A stretch of DNA of 64,000 nucleotides from Malacoraja senta (lineage: Eukaryota), in the NCBI GenBank assembly GCA_038087875.1, contig CM075978.1:169260001-169324000 (forward strand), written 5' to 3'. Positions within the stretch are counted from its first letter, which is position 1. Every line of letters begins with the position of its first letter. Under the pieces are notes generated by a model. That model was given only the letters and a program-made list of their open reading frames with translations. It did not search any database and was not told the DNA's origin. This document shows positions 61,745-64,000 of this stretch, piece by piece. Both the position numbers and the translations under genes were made by a program.

Positions 61745-62325
61745 AGGTTCCAGAATATTATTCTGAAAATGACACAGGAGTTAATCCTTGTATTCTTGCC
61801 AATATTTATTCCTCAGTCATGGGTCCCATGGTGACGTAGCGCTAGAGTTGTTGCCTTACAGCGCCAGAGACCCATGTTCGATCCTGACTATGTGTGCTGT
61901 CTGTACGGAGTTTGTACGTTCTCCTTGTGACCGTAGATTTTCTCCAAGTGCTCCTGTTTACTCCTACACTCTAAAGACGTACAGGTTTGTAGGTTATTTT
62001 GGCATCTGTTAATTGTAAATTGTCCCTATTGTGTAGGTTAGTGCTAGCGTACTGGGTTATCGCTGCTCACTGGGGCCTCTGTGGGCCAATGGACCTGTTT
62101 CTGCACAGTATCTATAAAGTAAAGTAAAGAACTTAAAACAAGACTGTATGTTCAATGTCACATTGCTGTTCATGGTGCTTGCTGTGCACAAATCGATTGT
62201 TATATTTGCTACATTACAATAATGACTATGCTTAAATAATACTTTATTAAAAATACTTATGCCATATAGGCACTGGAATAATGTGATGCCTTGATAGGTA
62301 TTATAGAAATTCAAGTCCTTTTTTC
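61745..62325 (+). mobile_element. Deu-domain SINE relic interrupted by a V-SINE (61822-62128)
   Basis: cttgccaatatttattcctca ... tcacattgctgttcatggtgcttgctgtgcacaaat...ctacattacaa. Confidence 0.65.
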
Positions 62326-62661
62326 TCTTCCAAATAAAAGATAGTTGTTGCTTTCTCAATTTTTATTCTCCACAATATTCATATGTTTTACTCTTCATTC
62401 TGTTTAACGGTCGACACTAAAGTCCAATTTCTGCCCCCAAGCTAAATACCAGCATTTACCTGTGCGAGATGTGGAAGATTTATCAAGCTGTTTCTCTGCA
62501 TCCTGTGGATTAAGTTAGGCTTGCACAGTTCTGGCATACATTGCCACCAACACATCCTAAACCAGGCTTCGATGAGCCCCTACATTGAATTCTAATCCCA
62601 TCCAGGAGGTGGAGTGGGTGAAGATGTGGAGCAGGCATAGTTATGGGTACCAACTCTCTCC

Positions 62662-62902
62662 NNNNNNNNNNNNNNNNNNNNNNNNNNNNNNNNNNNNNNN
62701 NNNNNNNNNNNNNNNNNNNNNNNNNNNNNNNNNNNNNNNNNNNNNNNNNNNNNNNNNNNNNNNNNNNNNNNNNNNNNNNNNNNNNNNNNNNNNNNNNNNN
62801 NNNNNNNNNNNNNNNNNNNNNNNNNNNNNNNNNNNNNNNNNNNNNNNNNNNNNNNNNNNNNNNNNNNNNNNNNNNNNNNNNNNNNNNNNNNNNNNNNNNN
62901 NN
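62662..62902. other. Assembly gap
   Basis: Ns in the sequence. Confidence 0.99.
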
Positions 62903-63617
62903 ACAATGTGTGTGTGCACTCTGCTTGACTTCAGGGTAGAGGTTAGAGGGTGATACAGTATATTGCAAAGACCCCACCACAAAACACCCCTCACAACTTT
63001 TGACAGCTGGCAAACGAGGATGGAGTGAAGGTTTGCCAGTGTGGAAATTTGCCATTGATTTCATGGGTTTCTTCATTCATCTGATATTCAGAGATATTTT
63101 AAAACAATCTGAATCAAAATAAAGAAAAAATAAAGATAAAATAATTGAAATTTAAAATAATAGTAAAACAAAAATATATTTAAAAGATTTGGAGATAATT
63201 GAAAATATTAACCTGAAGCAAATTAGCTTAATTTTCCTTTTGCTCCATAATCCTTCCTGAAATCAAAAGGAAATTTTGATCCTGTAAAGGATCCTTGTGG
63301 CAATTTCCCAAATTTCCCAATTTTCCATGAGAAATCCCAGAACCTACAGACTTGGCTGTCTGAATCTCTCAGTAAGTCCTGACCTTCTGTGTTTAACAGC
63401 TCACGCGCGGAAGTCCGGAACTTCAGCTTAAATGGCTGAATGTTGGTTGTTCTGCTTGGAATTGCCTGCCGAGTGAGCAGGGTTTGACCCAATGTATACA
63501 CAAAACAGTTTAAATAAAGCATCCCTGTGAAAGCATAGACAGCAAATCAATGAAATATTCAAACTGCATTTTATTTAAAATCATTCGTAGAGGAAGTCAA
63601 GTGCAGTTAAAATGTAT

Positions 63618-63708
63618 AGACACACACACATAATATACACATAATACACACACACACATAAGACACACACACTTAATACGCAAACACATACAATACAGCA
63701 ATATACAT
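63618..63708. repeat. Degenerate (CA)n microsatellite
   Basis: Directly visible. Confidence 0.8.
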
Positions 63709-64000
63709 CTACCACTGACTACAAACTAAACACAGACAGACTGAAATGTTTTCCGTTTTATATCATATGATGCAGTAAGTCCCTAAAACAAAATGGAAGC
63801 AGAGATAATTGTAAATAATATTAACATTTTACACAGCAATATTAAATTTGTTCCTTTTTTTTATTCTTCAATAACATGCAGCAAAGTTTGCATTTAGATA
63901 ACCTTTTAGAAAATTCCTAATTTTCTGACAGTTTAAACGGTTTTAGATTAGTCAGTATTACTTGAATAAATACAATGTTAAATTGAAAACAGAATGTTTC

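Noticed and set aside
54500-64000. Exons of neighbouring genes (MTHFSD, FOXC2, FOXL1) expected downstream by synteny
   Set aside because: No matching peptide recognised in the ORF track; short exons could have been missed, and tblastn would settle it

Overview
Vertebrate genomic DNA, very likely a cartilaginous fish (skate/ray type, inferred from the HE1/V-SINE, CR1 and Deu-SINE content). The only host protein-coding gene is a two-exon FOXF1 on the + strand (48017-48998 + 51671-51831, 380 aa). It lies in a ~20 kb AT-rich but CpG-retaining domain without recognisable LINE fragments (~33.4-53.7 kb), which holds several candidate enhancer motif clusters, including a perfect GLI site at 44186-44194. 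The flanks are dense in decayed retroelements (CR1, L2, Rex1/Babar, V-SINE, Deu-SINE, one MITE). The most notable non-genic signal is a family of about 18 short Penelope-derived elements. They carry a minimal hammerhead-ribozyme-like core (CTGAAGA-A-stem II-GAAAC-GTC), often occur as fold-back pairs that turn around at that core, and several have 9-15 bp target-site duplications. One nested pair sits in the FOXF1 intron. All calls come from reading the sequence by eye; no searches were run, and repeat boundaries are approximate.
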